A stretch of 63,759 nucleotides of DNA, counting the filler, from Choristocarpus tenellus KU-1152 (lineage: Eukaryota > Protista > Phaeophyceae), in NCBI GenBank assembly GCA_964200185.2. It is 10 parts of 10 records of this genome, joined end to end, with 100 filler letters (N's around TTAATTAATTAA, not from the genome) between each part and the next. Parts side by side here need not be neighbours in the genome. Positions count along the whole stretch, not along the records: positions 24,079 to 29,081 come from CAXNAD020012207.1; positions 29,182 to 33,779 come from CAXNAD020013850.1; positions 33,880 to 50,919 come from CAXNAD020000729.1; 7 more parts are not named here. One strand, written 5' to 3'. Numbering within the stretch: position 1 is the first letter of the stretch; each line of letters opens with the position of its first letter. The notes beneath the pieces were generated by a model. The model was given only the letters and a program-made list of their open reading frames with translations. It had not been told where the DNA came from and ran no database searches. Positions 28,712-41,534 of this stretch are shown here, one piece after another. The translations under genes were made by a program, and so were the position numbers.

Positions 28712-28715
<4 letters not shown>

Positions 28716-29181
28716 TGCACCTGATGGTACTACAGCAGTAGAGTCTTACACCTCACCTTTTTTCATTGTTGCTTGAGATGCTCATATTATGTATGTATGT
28801 ATGCGTGTGTGAGTGTGTGTTTGTATGTGTGTTTATGTATGCACTTTGCACATGGGTCCTTCTGATATTTGAATCTTTAATGACTTGGTATTAAATACAG
28901 CACAGAGTGAAGAGTCTGTCCATTGAGGAGAGGGGGGTCAATTTTAAACCTTCTCAGTATTTTGTCCTTTGTTATTTTTTAAACCTCTGCAATATTTACA
29001 CACTGTCGTGCCCATGCCCTGTACTGTGGTTATCTCCCCCACCCCCCCCCCCCCCCCGCCCACCCCCGGCAGCACAAAAACNNNNNNNNNNNNNNNNNNN
29101 NNNNNNNNNNNNNNNNNNNNNNNNNTTAATTAATTAANNNNNNNNNNNNNNNNNNNNNNNNNNNNNNNNNNNNNNNNNNNN

Positions 29182-32100
29182 CCCTCCATGGTCGCCCCCC
29201 CCTGACCACGCTTCTATGGTGGCACGCTGCAGCGGTCAGAGCAGTGCTCATAAAAGTGGTGAAACTTGTGGAAGCAACTACACTGGCATGAGGGGGAAAA
29301 ATAGGGGTCAGGCTACTTGGCCATGCGGAATGGACACTCCAGACAAAATTGAGGAGGACGATGACAGCCAGTGGGGATCTGGTAGGAAGCACGACACAGG
29401 TGATCGAGGAAGGAAAAACAGCAGGGGTAGGGAGAGCAGCGCGTATCGTGAGAGGGTGGGGAGGGAGAGCAAGGTATCCGGTGGTGCGGGGAGGGGTGTT
29501 GAATCTGATCGAAGTAGAGGCACTGCGCCAATGGATGACAACAGACAAGCACTTCTGGCCGCAGGATCCTCAATTGCTGGCACATGCGAAAGGCTGGATA
29601 CTGCTTTGCTTGAGTTCAGGTGTGTGGCAGTGGGTTTTGGAAGCGATGAGCTACTGCACGAAGTAGAACAGGGCACCACTCTTTCCTGTTTCTCAGTGAC
29701 TGAACATATATATATATATATATTCTTGCTTGACTAAAGGTAGTTGGAGTACTGGCAGCTGGAGGGGTAACGGGGGGTTTTGTCCTCCTGGAGGTTTGAC
29801 CACCTCCTCCAATTCAATATTGGGATTTTCACGGACTACTATTGTGTATTTATCCCAAGTGCAGACATTGTTGACATCATTATTGTGTATGCAAAAAAGG
29901 CATTAGGTCCTTCATTCCTTGAGTAGACTTTGTGAAGTACTAGATAGAGTGCATGCTAATACACTAGACTACTTGATATTGACAACGATCTTAGCAGCTA
30001 TTGCCAGTATAAGGCGGTGGAAACCTGCAACTGTCGTCATACCACCACCCTTACCTTCTATCTCCGTAGGTATTTCAAGAGATAAAAAGAAGGCAAAAGT
30101 ATATTTGGCATTATTTTCGGGATGGTTGTACTTGTAGGTTTCTAAAAATATTGCACTGGTTACAGTTGCCCGTTTTGGACACAACAACGACACTACCTAG
30201 ACAGTCACACTATTTTTGGGAGGGGGGGTCCCTACAATCCTTTGTTTGGAAAGTGTCAACAACTGCACTTGGCGCTCCCATCCAACCCGGAAATATAGTT
30301 TTCAAGCACATTAAACAACTGAAGTCCACTTCAAAATATTGGTGTTTGCTATTTGGCCAAGATCCCTTACCTAATTGCTCTTGGCCACCTTTGCCATTAC
30401 ACATGTATGAAGAGCCCAGATTTGAGAAAAATAATACCATGCACTTTCACTATGAGGATGCTTATCTTTCAAACCTTAGAGAGCTCAACTGCTGCGTACT
30501 CCAAGTTCAGCTGCTAAGCTCTCCAAATGGTTGTTCTGTTTACCTAATCAAATTTCTGATATACTTCACTACGATGTGTAAAATATCTGCCTCAAGCTAA
30601 TACACATTACTCCTTCAAGCATTCTGAGGTGATACCTTTTTTGATACTTTTCTTTTGAGAGCGGACTAACTTTGCCAGAGAGACTATGTGAAGATAGAAC
30701 ACACAAGGCAGAGGAATACCTAGTAACAAAACCTACACACATGGAGCCGACAGGGTGAGGTAGTGTGGAGGCCATTAGTTCATAGTGAATACTCAAGTAC
30801 TTGTATACACTCAAGTCTGACGAAGACAGAGTACACATAAAGACTCAGGGGACGTTTTATGAGTCTTACGGTCACAAAAAGGTCAGAGTTGAGGCCTTAA
30901 CTCGCTCAAAGCATTTGTTAAGAACCACACATCTCCAGGGGTCTCTTAAAAGGGATTGCTGTGTGCGTTTTGCTGTTTTCAAGCTGTAAAGAGTCTCTTT
31001 TTTGCAACTGCAAGACCTAAAGGTACACAAGTCTTTATACTCACTCGAGAATAAAATCGATCACCGCGGTAAAACAGCTGGTGCAGTTGACAAAATTCAT
31101 GCGCTGTTCTCATTTTTATTTCAACTTGCCCTGCCCTTGGTTCTACACGCGGTGTGTACATACATCCTCTACTTCCGCATCAGTGTTTATCATCTGAAAT
31201 ATACTAGAGCATGTAAAATTGTGACAATCAGAGATGTGTGTGAAATTGGCGAGAAGTGTCAAAGAGCAGTTGGTGTTGGCACTTGGACAGTTCGATTTTA
31301 ACCACTCACACATTGAAAAGACTTTTCCATCATCGCTCATCAGATGCAAAGATGCTTTGCTTCCATGAAGCAATGCCCAAGAGGCTGCATGTGTAGTACA
31401 GTACAGTACATATGTAGCTCAAGAGAGGGACAGCAGAAAAGTCAAGGAAGGATTCTTGTGGAGAAACAATACGGTTAAGTGTTTTGCAAGGAAACTCACA
31501 GCAAACATCCTATATTTATATGTGTACATCGACTTCACTGTAATGCAGCACTTTCTAATTATACTCACACAACAACTATCCAGTACCTTCTTTCGACTAT
31601 TCACACAGCTATACCTGATCGATGCCTGAAGCCATCAGCGAGAAATCATTAAGTCTCTATTCCATAAGATACTTTGCATCATTTACTTTCTGCAATCCCT
31701 GCATAAGTTTTGGCTTGGCCCTTCTTAAGGGACAGCTTCAAATGCCCAGGCCTTGTCCAACTCCTCTCCCTGATCCCAAGGGTCCTGCTCTGAGCATTTC
31801 TTGTGGCCCTCTCTCTAACACCTGTGCACTAATGTTGTTCATGTGTCCATTAGTCAAGAAGGAAAGAGGGGGTGTCCACCCCTCCAATCTACATGTCACG
31901 GCAGTCCATCCCCTTCCATACACCAACAAGGTGGAAAGAGGGCGAGTCCTGGAAGGAGTGATGCAGGCAAAAATATAGGCTGGGAGCAAAGGAATCAACT
32001 TGGTAGACCAAGCAACAACAGCGATAGAGACAGGGATGAAGAAAAGGGCGGGGGAAAGGACAAGGGTGGAGAGGGAAGGGCTTATGAGTGGACTGGGTAC

Positions 32101-32610
32101 AGAGGTCCGATTAAAGAGGGAGGAAGCACCAGACAGTTGAGGAACGATTCTGTGACTGCAATGGGTCCAACTCGGGTGGGAAACTTCGATGACGATGAGG
32201 CCAGCTATGGGCGCTCTAACACCCCCTCCCCCCTGCGGCAGCATAACAAGCTACTCCTCTCAAAGGGTCGCGGAGCTGGCGGACCAGTTGGGGGTCGAAA
32301 TGGGAACGTAACTAGCTCAGACGTGAGACTGAAGGAGGGAACTTCTGGGGAAGGCCACTCTTGGTGGGGAGGGGGTGGGAGTGGGGAATGGAAGGAATAT
32401 CCCTTGTCTACAAAGGACAAGTTCCATGGGATTCAAGAGAGCAGTGGTGGAAGTACTACGGCAGAGGATTCATGGTCCCTGGGGGGCCCTGACGAAGACT
32501 CAACCTACAATGATGGAGGATCTGCCAGCATCAACAATGGCACACACCCGGAGTCAAAGCGGAAAGGTCGAGCACGCTACCTAACAGAGCAAAATCGGAA
32601 AGGGTGGTGA
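29182..32610 (+). CDS. Partial multi-exon gene, G/R/S-rich protein of unknown function (exons ~29182-29619, 29927-~30069, 31854-~32603)
   Basis: Long purine-rich stop-free ORFs. Donor TTCAG|gtgtgt at 29619 is in phase with acceptor gagtag|ACTTTG at 29927; acceptor ccattag|TCAAG near 31854. Confidence 0.55.
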
Positions 32611-33722
32611 AGTGCCAGTGCAAGGAATGTGTTATGTACCAGCAGATATGTGAGGTAGCCGAGGGGGGAACATGTGAGAGTAGGCAAAGAAGGGGCTATA
32701 ACTCTGTGACCCACTCATATTCAATCACTTACCAGCAGGAATAGAAGTAAGGGCAGAGGGATGAGGGCACACAAAAGAGGATCAAATCGATGTAGTATTT
32801 CTGTTCCTACAATGCCCAGTGCTGTATGTTATAATATGTCTGTAAATCGCAAGGCAAATCTTCATGCACTGGAAGCAGAGAGAGATATGCTTGAACATAG
32901 AGTCCAGTTTGGGAAAAGATGCAACAAGCTACATACTCTGTTGTCAAGATGGAAGAATGGCAGAACAAAGTCCCATACTAGGAATTGAGTGTCTCCTGTG
33001 GACCCCAGACGCGTGGGCACCCAGCCTTGGCCTATTGCAATCGATATGTGACGGGGTTACTGCTCTTCAGTACATAATACCATGCATAGTGTATATTGTT
33101 TATGGACTCTGAGGGCAGGAGAGAGTGTTCATTCACAAGAAGATCCTAGAGGGATAAATATACACCCCTTCTAAAAGGTTCAGGGCGTTGTCATAAAACC
33201 TTTAATGTGACTGGTTATTTGGAAATAATCTTCACTGGCGCATCAACTGACAGTTAGCCTCAAAGCAAAAAAATATGGTAGGCACATGAGTCAAAGTATC
33301 CTAAACGGGGGTGGACTTTGACTGTTTTGATCGTAAGAGGTGGGTTCTTAAAATGTTGTTGCTGACACCTCACTTCCATGGCTTAAATACAAATATCAGC
33401 CAAACCAATTGAATGATAGGCAGGTTTGGACCCTTTGGCATTCTAAGCCATCTCTCTTTCCATGTGCAATACACTCTATTTCATATTTGAATTGCACAAT
33501 AGTGTAAGAAAAATCGATGCTCCCCCTCTCCACTTACAAAATGACACCACAATTTAAGCAAAGGCTCTTTCCGTAATTGTACAGAATGGCGTCTTCTTTC
33601 CCTTTCTTGGGATCCTTAAAATGCAACCCTGCCTACTTCTCAATTGATTTGACCCATCAGGACTCCGTGGATATAGAGTGATTGTCCGCATCAAGACATT
33701 TTCTTTTCCCCTTATATATGAT

Positions 33723-33779
33723 GAGTGAAACTATCTTAGAGGGTACGAATTTTTCCCTGTTTGTCCATTTGTGGGGCTT
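33723..33779. mobile_element. MITE family A end, truncated at contig end (similar stubs: family A 54016-54071; family B 23882-23978, 33880-33936, 53890-53915)
   Basis: gagtgaaactatcttagagggtacg followed by gtccattt. Confidence 0.75.
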
Positions 33780-35352
33780 NNNNNNNNNNNNNNNNNNNNN
33801 NNNNNNNNNNNNNNNNNNNNNNNTTAATTAATTAANNNNNNNNNNNNNNNNNNNNNNNNNNNNNNNNNNNNNNNNNNNNGGGAAAATAGGCCCCAGATAG
33901 ACGGCCCCCCCCCCCCCCCCACAGATACTTCGAGCCATTCGGAACCCAGGTCAAAACTCACATTCACTCTAATCATTATAGCACAAGTCGGTCCTTAACT
34001 TCCCAGCCTGGCATTGTCCGTCACAACTGCCATTGCTTCTATACAGGTTCTTAATGGCATGAGAAGGGATGAACAAAGATACTACACTCCTACTTTCATA
34101 GTGGGGCGATGACCAGCTCTAACCAAGTCTCATTATACGTCATGAGATTGTACCATGTGGTCGTCACTCAAAACGCACTACGAATATGTTCTACTCCATC
34201 CTCCTTCTCCCAGTAGGCTCCTTCTTGCCTCACAGCACTCCCTTCAGCGATCATGTCACAATCGAGGACATTAGAGGTATGGAACTGATGGGTAACACAA
34301 CACCACAGCACTTATTACGGGCATGAACTAAAAATATCCCTCTACGAAGGTCCTTCCCAGCTGCTACTCATTCCTGGTTGGGTAGGCATCTCTACTCTGC
34401 CTCTTAGCAAGCATCGAGGGTTGGACAATTGTCATCTCTCACAACCCTCACCTGGCGAATGGACAGGCTCGGATCCTCCAGTCTGCAACGTCTTTGTACT
34501 TCATGGACCCCAAACCCGTGCTTTGGTACCTTTATCATCATCACCCCTCTCCTAGCCTTCAGTGCTCAGTCACTGGTCTGGGACACTCTATCCGCGCCAA
34601 CTTGATTCTATCCTTGTAGGTCCAATTTTGTGCATACTTGCTGCTCACAATGATATAGTGCAGGTGGTGATGCAAATACTAATCCCTTGTCACACTTGTC
34701 ACATTTGTCACACATGCCATGCACTATATCTGGTGCAATCCAGCCTGAAGATGGAGGTAATGAAGTTGGTACACTTCCTTTTTAGTATAACGACTGGGTA
34801 ACAACCATCAATCTGGTGGTAGAATCGAGACTTGTTCGTCTGCCTACGAAGACTGTTTCGACTCAAAAGTCCTTGGGTAGAAAATCATGGTCTGTATAAG
34901 AAGGGACATCATCGAGAGCAGTCAGGTTGGGTTCATAATCCAGCATGGTGGTACACGTCGTCTTCAAACCTGCTAGTGCACAGAAATGTGACAGGAGACA
35001 TAAATAGGAGCTTAAGGACACAACTGTAGCCACACTCCCAACTCCTGTAACCGAAAGCCATCCAAGACTGAGTCATTTGACCTGCGTAAGTTTTGTGTTA
35101 AACATGGAGATACCACTGTTCCACCAAGGCAGATAGTCTCATGCCACAATGTCCAAGGAAATCAGAGACTGGGAACTTTTCCAACATAATATGCGAGCCA
35201 TCACACCAGATTTCGAGCTCTTTCACTGAGAGGTCATCTCAGTCTTTGCAGTACCCTTTGAGTTCGTTCATGGATCCCTCTCTCGCTCTATGTTTTTCCT
35301 GTCACTGCCAGGAGTCAGGAAAGCGGCCTAGCTGGGATTTGATTCCACAACA

Positions 35353-35535
35353 GACTCAAAGCACCTGGGGGGGGGGGGATGGCGACTGTCCAGTTGGGGT
35401 CAATTTTATTATATCGCGATTTTTGTGTGATTTGGTTGCATATGTCGGATAGATAATGTAAGTGCACTTTTCCTAGTTATGGTCCAAATGGACACCCTGC
35501 TGTAGATCCTCCCCCCCCCCCAGATACTTTGAGTC
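35353..35535. mobile_element. MITE family B, complete (183 bp)
   Basis: gactcaaagcacctgggg ... ccccagatactttgagtc; TSD ACA/ACA. Confidence 0.9.
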
Positions 35536-36084
35536 ACAACCCTCTGACTATGTTAAGCACTGACATACCACTGTTATACTTGGGGAAGATGGTTGGGTGA
35601 CTATATCTTAATCCTCAATATCCTGGGGGTTACGATATATTATATACAAACAATCAGGAAATAAGTCACCAATATCAATACCTGAAGTAGCAAAGTGGGA
35701 GTGTTACCATAGCCTATCTGGAAGCTGATGTTTCGAGCCATCCTGCCACCAAATCTCTATGCCATGATCCATAAGGCAAAGATTCCACCTGTAGAGCATG
35801 CGACCATGGTTGCCCCTCGTGAAGAGTCAGACCAGGGCAGACCAATCATAAATCAGAGTGAATTTACTGCCGCATATATATGGGGATGACAATGAACAAC
35901 GACTAACCACATATTCATGGATTCCCTCTCAGTAGGAGTCCCATCTACCACCCCCCTTAGACCAACCGAGTCAAACCAACTGAGAAGTGAGCAGGGTTGA
36001 ATTGAAAATGATCCCAACAAAGTGCAAAAATATTTCTACTTGTATCATTATAGAAAGAGCACTTGCTCGATTACGTCAACATTG

Positions 36085-36344
36085 GAGCGAAAGTGTTATA
36101 GAGGGTACGAGTATTGCCCTGTTTGTCCATTTGGAGCTTGGCTTCCCACGGGTTTATTATGATATTTTACATACTCCGAAAATTTTTGTAGAAGGTAAAA
36201 TATGTACGTTATGAAAAGTTGTGTCCGAAATAAGGATATTGACACTTCCTAGCAAACACGATAGCGAAAATTACATCAAAAACGAAAAAATTGGATTTTG
36301 CACCCCAAACGGACAAGACTCTACCCTCTAAGATACTTTGACTC
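36085..36344. mobile_element. MITE family A, complete (260 bp)
   Basis: gagcgaaagtgttatagagggta ... taccctctaagatactttgactc; flanks ATTG/GTTG. Confidence 0.9.
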
Positions 36345-37590
36345 GTTGCACTTTGTCTGTGCGAGGAGTGCAGAAGGAGTGGCAGGCACGACTTAGGAAG
36401 AGATAAGGAGAGATATAGGAATAGGGGGGAAGTGCTAGGATTCTCTACAGGCATAATATGAAGAAGGAAAATAGCAAGGTTTCAAAGGCCTCCGTTCGGA
36501 GTAGTCCAGGGGAATACAAAGGAGACCAGAGTGCTTCACTGCTGAAGTTCGGGAAAGGAGCAGAGAAATACGAAATGGAAGGGAAGTGGGGTCAATTCAG
36601 ATGCTGACTATGAGAACGCCTCTTCCTGTAAAGCTCGCAAAGCGTTTGGTGGCATGTGGCCAGGGAGTGAAGGAGGGACACAAAGACACAATTTTACTGT
36701 CACCTCTGGTAGGCATTGAGTGAATTTTACCTTCAGAGTCTAGCTTTCCCCTCTTCCACCTACATCCTGTACCTTGCCACCTACCACACTAATCTCGCCA
36801 ATTTCAGGTACAGAAGAAACGAGATGTTCAATCAATCGCTACTCAATCGCTGAGGTTCCTACACCATCAACATTTCCAGAAGGGATGGAATGGTTTGCTT
36901 TGGAGCGTTTCTGGAGCTTCGCACGCATGTGTGAGTTGGGGCATGTTGACGGGGTAGTTCCCGAGGAGTCATTCACCACACACCATATATGACCGGACCT
37001 CGGATCAGCACATCTACAAAAGCCAATTCGGCACGAAATTCTCGTACAATCAGCAGGAACATCCGCAGTGACGTGTCTTGGTGATTGATCTAGGGCAGAT
37101 TATTGAAGTACCTCTATTAGGGGGGAATGCGTGGATATCTGGTGGGTCGTTGAAACCTTTCGTCCCTACACCTGTGGCAACAGATTCCACTCTGATCACT
37201 GATTTCTTTGCCCTCATGTGACTCTGAGCCAAAGTAACGAGAAGTACACAGGTTTTGACTTTTTTGCATTTGAAGTCAATTTATTAATTATTTCGCAATT
37301 GACTCACAGTTCTATGGATGAAGAGGTAAGTTTGACTTGAGAGCGTATATTTCTCTGTTGTTTGAATGATTTCGATAAAATAAAAAAACATATATTTCAC
37401 ACATTTGTACAAAGAGACGAATTTTGCAAAATGCTTATCAGCATCCTTAAGATGCAACTATGGGTAGCTCTCGTTTACTTTGACTCTCTGTAAGAGTTAC
37501 AGCCTTAGTCCCAGGCTAACCATCATCCTATGTACCTGGATATGGAGGTTGAGGTGGTAAGTCGTCCCAACTACCAGCTACCGGATGGAC
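36345..37590 (+). repeat. Unclassified ~1-kb interspersed repeat D, copy 1 (interrupted by MITE C)
   Basis: Colinear similarity to the reverse complement of 43235-45256 (e.g. gtgcagaaggagtggcaggcac, agatgctgactatgagaacg, agttggggcatgtt, ggatatggagg). Confidence 0.85.
37226..37486. mobile_element. MITE family C (261 bp, AT-rich interior)
   Basis: TIR gagccaaagtaacgaga ... tctcgtttactttgactc; TSD TCT/TCT. The paralogous repeat-D copy near 43340-43370 shows the empty site. Confidence 0.88.
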
Positions 37591-39165
37591 TACCGCCCCT
37601 CCTTGAGTGGGTCAGCAATTGGATGTGACTGGGTCATTGCTTGGCTTGAATCGACAAGGGAGGACCCTTCACCTCAACGTGAAATGGGCACGCACTTGTC
37701 CCACCCTGGTGCCAGTCGGGATGAACATATAGTTGAGCGCAACAGAGTCTTGAATTGGGATCTGTGCAAGGGGGTTGCCTCCATCGGACATGCGGCTTGC
37801 TCCGGCATGGTCGTCGCATTTGCGCAAAATAGTCCAAGCCACCATCCCGAGCAGCGAGGCTGTAGTACTTGGATGCACGTGCCAGGTTGTCGGCTGTCCA
37901 TTCGGGACCCATTTTTCCATCTCACGCTTTTGTCTTGATCTTGACATCATTTACCTGTTTACCGGCCGCCCATGTCTGGCTCGGTCAAGAATAACTGTAT
38001 ACTACGTATATCGGAAAGTTGAAGTACTGCCTTGATACCTGTAGATGTGCACGTTCTAACAACTTTCCACATATGGATCAAATCGAGAGTTGGAATGGTC
38101 AAAGACATGTTTTGTAGGGGTGTTGTTGGTGTGTGCGTAGAGTTACATTCTTCCATTTTGTTTTGGCTACATTATTTGTTGCCACGATGTATCTATAAGA
38201 AGAAGAAATTTAATCGCACAATCCAGACTTCATTTTATTTATTGTCCAACACGGATATCGTCTCTTACATGTTGCAGGAGTTCATAGACTAGTGCCTCCG
38301 ATCTGCTAATTTTTCGCCACTTGGAGAATTCCAGGAGCTGGAGCACTGATTAGTATCTATATTCAACGGAATTCATTCTGCTTGTGATATAGAAATCCGT
38401 GTAAACAATGGGTTCGGTTTTGTTGATACTGTAGGTTAGAATTACGTAGTAGTTCTGTAGGCAGTACTTGAGTTAGATGTAACCCATACTATTGGCGATA
38501 AGAAGTACACTCTGTTCTCTAACCTCAGTCTCCAAAAGAATTTCCGTTACTTTAAGTACAAGAAACACATGGGACAAGTAATAACGAGCCAAATCATTAC
38601 ATCCTCCAATCGAAGACGACTGACTCTCGTTCTATCAACATGCCAACATCAATAATCTAAGTATTACAAACTTCGGGGTATTTATATATTCATAATTCGT
38701 AACCTTCGCTCAGGAATAATTATGTATTGGAAACCCAACCAGCAGAAATGTCTCTCCGTCTCGGAATATTCCTCAACAGAACAAACATACCTAGCTGAAC
38801 TCGTTTGAATATACTTTTAATTGTTCTTCGCTCTCTCAAAATCATCACGTGAGGTCTAGTGTTCTCGTCAAAATCGTCACAGATGGAACTCTCCAGAACT
38901 ATATTTTGCATAGTGAGTGTTGTTGAAGGGAGGAGCAAGGAGGAGGTTTGCTTCAAGGAATAATAATGGTTCCGCTGAATCATCCGTGATTGACTGAAGT
39001 GAAGTACCAACGCCAGAAGCTCACCAGGACCCCGTTCGTTCCCCCCTCCTGCACATTGCAACACGAACGTTCAGAAAAACCTCACTACTTTCCTCCCCTG
39101 TGTACTACTCTATTGTCGGTCCTAACCTTGGTCAGAGAAACGAGCAGCATTGTATCAGGCCCGAA

Positions 39166-39561
39166 ATGTCGACCTCCCGTATCCTGAGGATCGCCTTGGT
39201 TGTCGTCTCGCTTATACTGGCAGTTGGCTGCTGCTCTGCCACCGAAGAATCGAACTTGCAGACGAGGGTGCAGCGAGGCCTACAGACGTGCGGCTCCAAG
39301 TGCAAAACGAAGAGCCAGAAAAGGAAGGATGGAACGAAGAAGAAGAAGACCAACTTCTGTGACGAAAGGTGTACAACAATGCAGGGAGATCCACTCCTTG
39401 GCGACGGCTGCGGGAGGAAGGACATAACAAACTGCCGTAGTTGCTATTTCAAGTGGTCTAAGCTCATAAAACTTGCCGACAAGGGAAAACATTTCCCACT
39501 TTGCCGTACTGGGAAGACCATCAACAGGAGCAAACCCTACGTCCGCCGTCTCTTGGACTAG
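39166..39561 (+). CDS. Intronless secreted, cationic, cysteine-rich small protein (131 aa)
   Basis: ATG at 39166 to TAG at 39561. Signal peptide MSTSRILRIALVVVSLILAVGCCSA, short pro-segment ending RVQRGLQ, then a K/R-rich mature part with 8 Cys. GC- and CpG-rich codons relative to the window. Confidence 0.8.
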   Translation: MSTSRILRIALVVVSLILAVGCCSATEESNLQTRVQRGLQTCGSKCKTKSQKRKDGTKKKKTNFCDERCTTMQGDPLLGDGCGRKDITNCRSCYFKWSKLIKLADKGKHFPLCRTGKTINRSKPYVRRLLD

Positions 39562-41534
39562 GAGGAGAAGAGTCGTGAGCTACTTGGTGACTAGGTGCGA
39601 TCTATCGCGAGATAGTCTAATAACAGTAGTGCGTTTGATTGTTGTCACTCCGCCTTGCAAGCGAGTAATCGGGAACTGCCTTCTCTGTTCACCACCGATC
39701 CCTGTACAGGGCTAGCACGTACGCATGATGTGAAAGGCATCGCGCGGAGATATTCCTCGCCGATTTTGGCGGCCCGGCCCCTCTCGCTGTCGGCCCTGTT
39801 ACTTACTTCTTTTTCCTTCATGTTTCATGGTTTTACATTTTTCATTTTTCCGTCTCTTTCTCAAATAAATTATTGTCAGCGTTGTGGCTTGGTATCTGGT
39901 CGTTTTGCATATATAGTTCTCTTGGTACTACTGAACGCTGTGTGTGTGCGTGCCTCACTTGTTTCCTAAGTTCGCACTGATCATGGAGTTTTCTGACGGC
40001 CAAACATACAATACGTATCCTTTCTCTGCCCAGGACTGATGACTGCTGCTCTACCACGATTATTGTCCACGAGCTTCCGGTGATCTCGACCTTCAGTTGG
40101 GTGCCCTTGTCTGCGACCTACAACACGCATTCTCTGCGGTACTTGGATCTCACGTTGGGGGAGGGGGACAACGAGCACCCTGGGCTTGATAGTGATAGCC
40201 TTCTTTCTTTCGTGTTTACGATTTCCTTACTGTACAAATTGGTATTTTTCTTCGTTCTTGGTGCTTTTTGATTTTGCAGATATTGCACCCCAAAGGGTAG
40301 GGGGGATTTGGCAAAACATGTGCTTTGCCACAGGTGTCAAGATTGTCTTGTAGGATGCTGCCGCTGTATCATCATGATCCGGTTTGAAGGTCAACAGATA
40401 GGCAGAGAGGTTGGGAAAGGAATTCCGTTGTTGCAGTGAGACTCTAAAGTTTGTGTGTGATTTTCGCTTCTTCTGTTCTCTCGCTTGTTGATGTTGGCGA
40501 ACTGCAGTTGTGGTCCGTGATCGCACTGTCCTTCAAGTCGGCGTATGGGTGACTGCCCACCCCGAGTAGATGCCGATATGTAGTGATATACTTGTATGAT
40601 AGAACTTTGCTGCTTTTGCAGTTGTCGTATAGCGTACCTGAAGCGAGAAGTGTATGTCCTTGTTATCTGTATCTACCACTGCGAATGAATGGTGCATACA
40701 TGCGAAACAAATGATACAAAATAATACACTACAAAAATATGGATTGATCATCACACATAAAAAAAAAATGTCGATTCAATGCTGCTCAAAAACATTTGTC
40801 GGTGGTGTTGCCGTGGAGGAAGAGCAACATACAACACTCGTGGTCAGCCTCGTCAGGAAGGCAATACCAGAAAAGAGAAGAAAACAAGGTGTATAGAGGA
40901 AACGATAAAACCACAAATGAATATAATGTACAGGACTACCGGATGAATAACCCAGAAAGAGAAGAATTAACAAGAAAATATCAATAGCATCAATATGATA
41001 ATGAAATTATAGAGAGCAATGAACACAACAACAGAGTCAAAGTAAGCGAGAGAGAGACTAGGGGTTACATTTTGGCGATACTGATAAAGAGTAAAATAGA
41101 TGGAGAGATATCCGGCATATTTACGACAACTGTTGCTCTCGCAGGACCCCTGGCACGAGAGTTGAGGGTCACAACGCAGCGCAGAAATAAATAAGGAGTC
41201 TTGGGATTGTACAATACCCGAGTCGAACGTCCACTCGTTGACCTCCCCTTTGCATGATGAGCTGTGAGGATACGGCGATATGTAAAGGTTGCAGGTGGAG
41301 AAAATATGCAGTGCGGATATCATTGAAGTTTTTCTATTTCTATCGCAACTGTTAATGGTACCGTGAGCTAGAGAAGGAGATATACCAGAGAGTACATTCT
41401 CAACAGAATGATTAATTTCCTCGTGTGGAATTATATATCAGAACCTGTGGAAGAAGCGGAAACTAGCAGAAAGGTTCTTCAGAACGAAGGGGAGCGGGAA
41501 GACCAACAGGAGGATGTCGAAAGGAGAGAGACAG

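Noticed and set aside
33288-33312. Lone MITE-type terminus gagtcaaagtatcc (another at 19261-19284)
   Set aside because: No partner TIR or TSD found, so not called as complete elements.
34760-35900. Coding-like fragments on both strands
   Set aside because: Interrupted by stops, with no recognisable domain and no consistent splice model.
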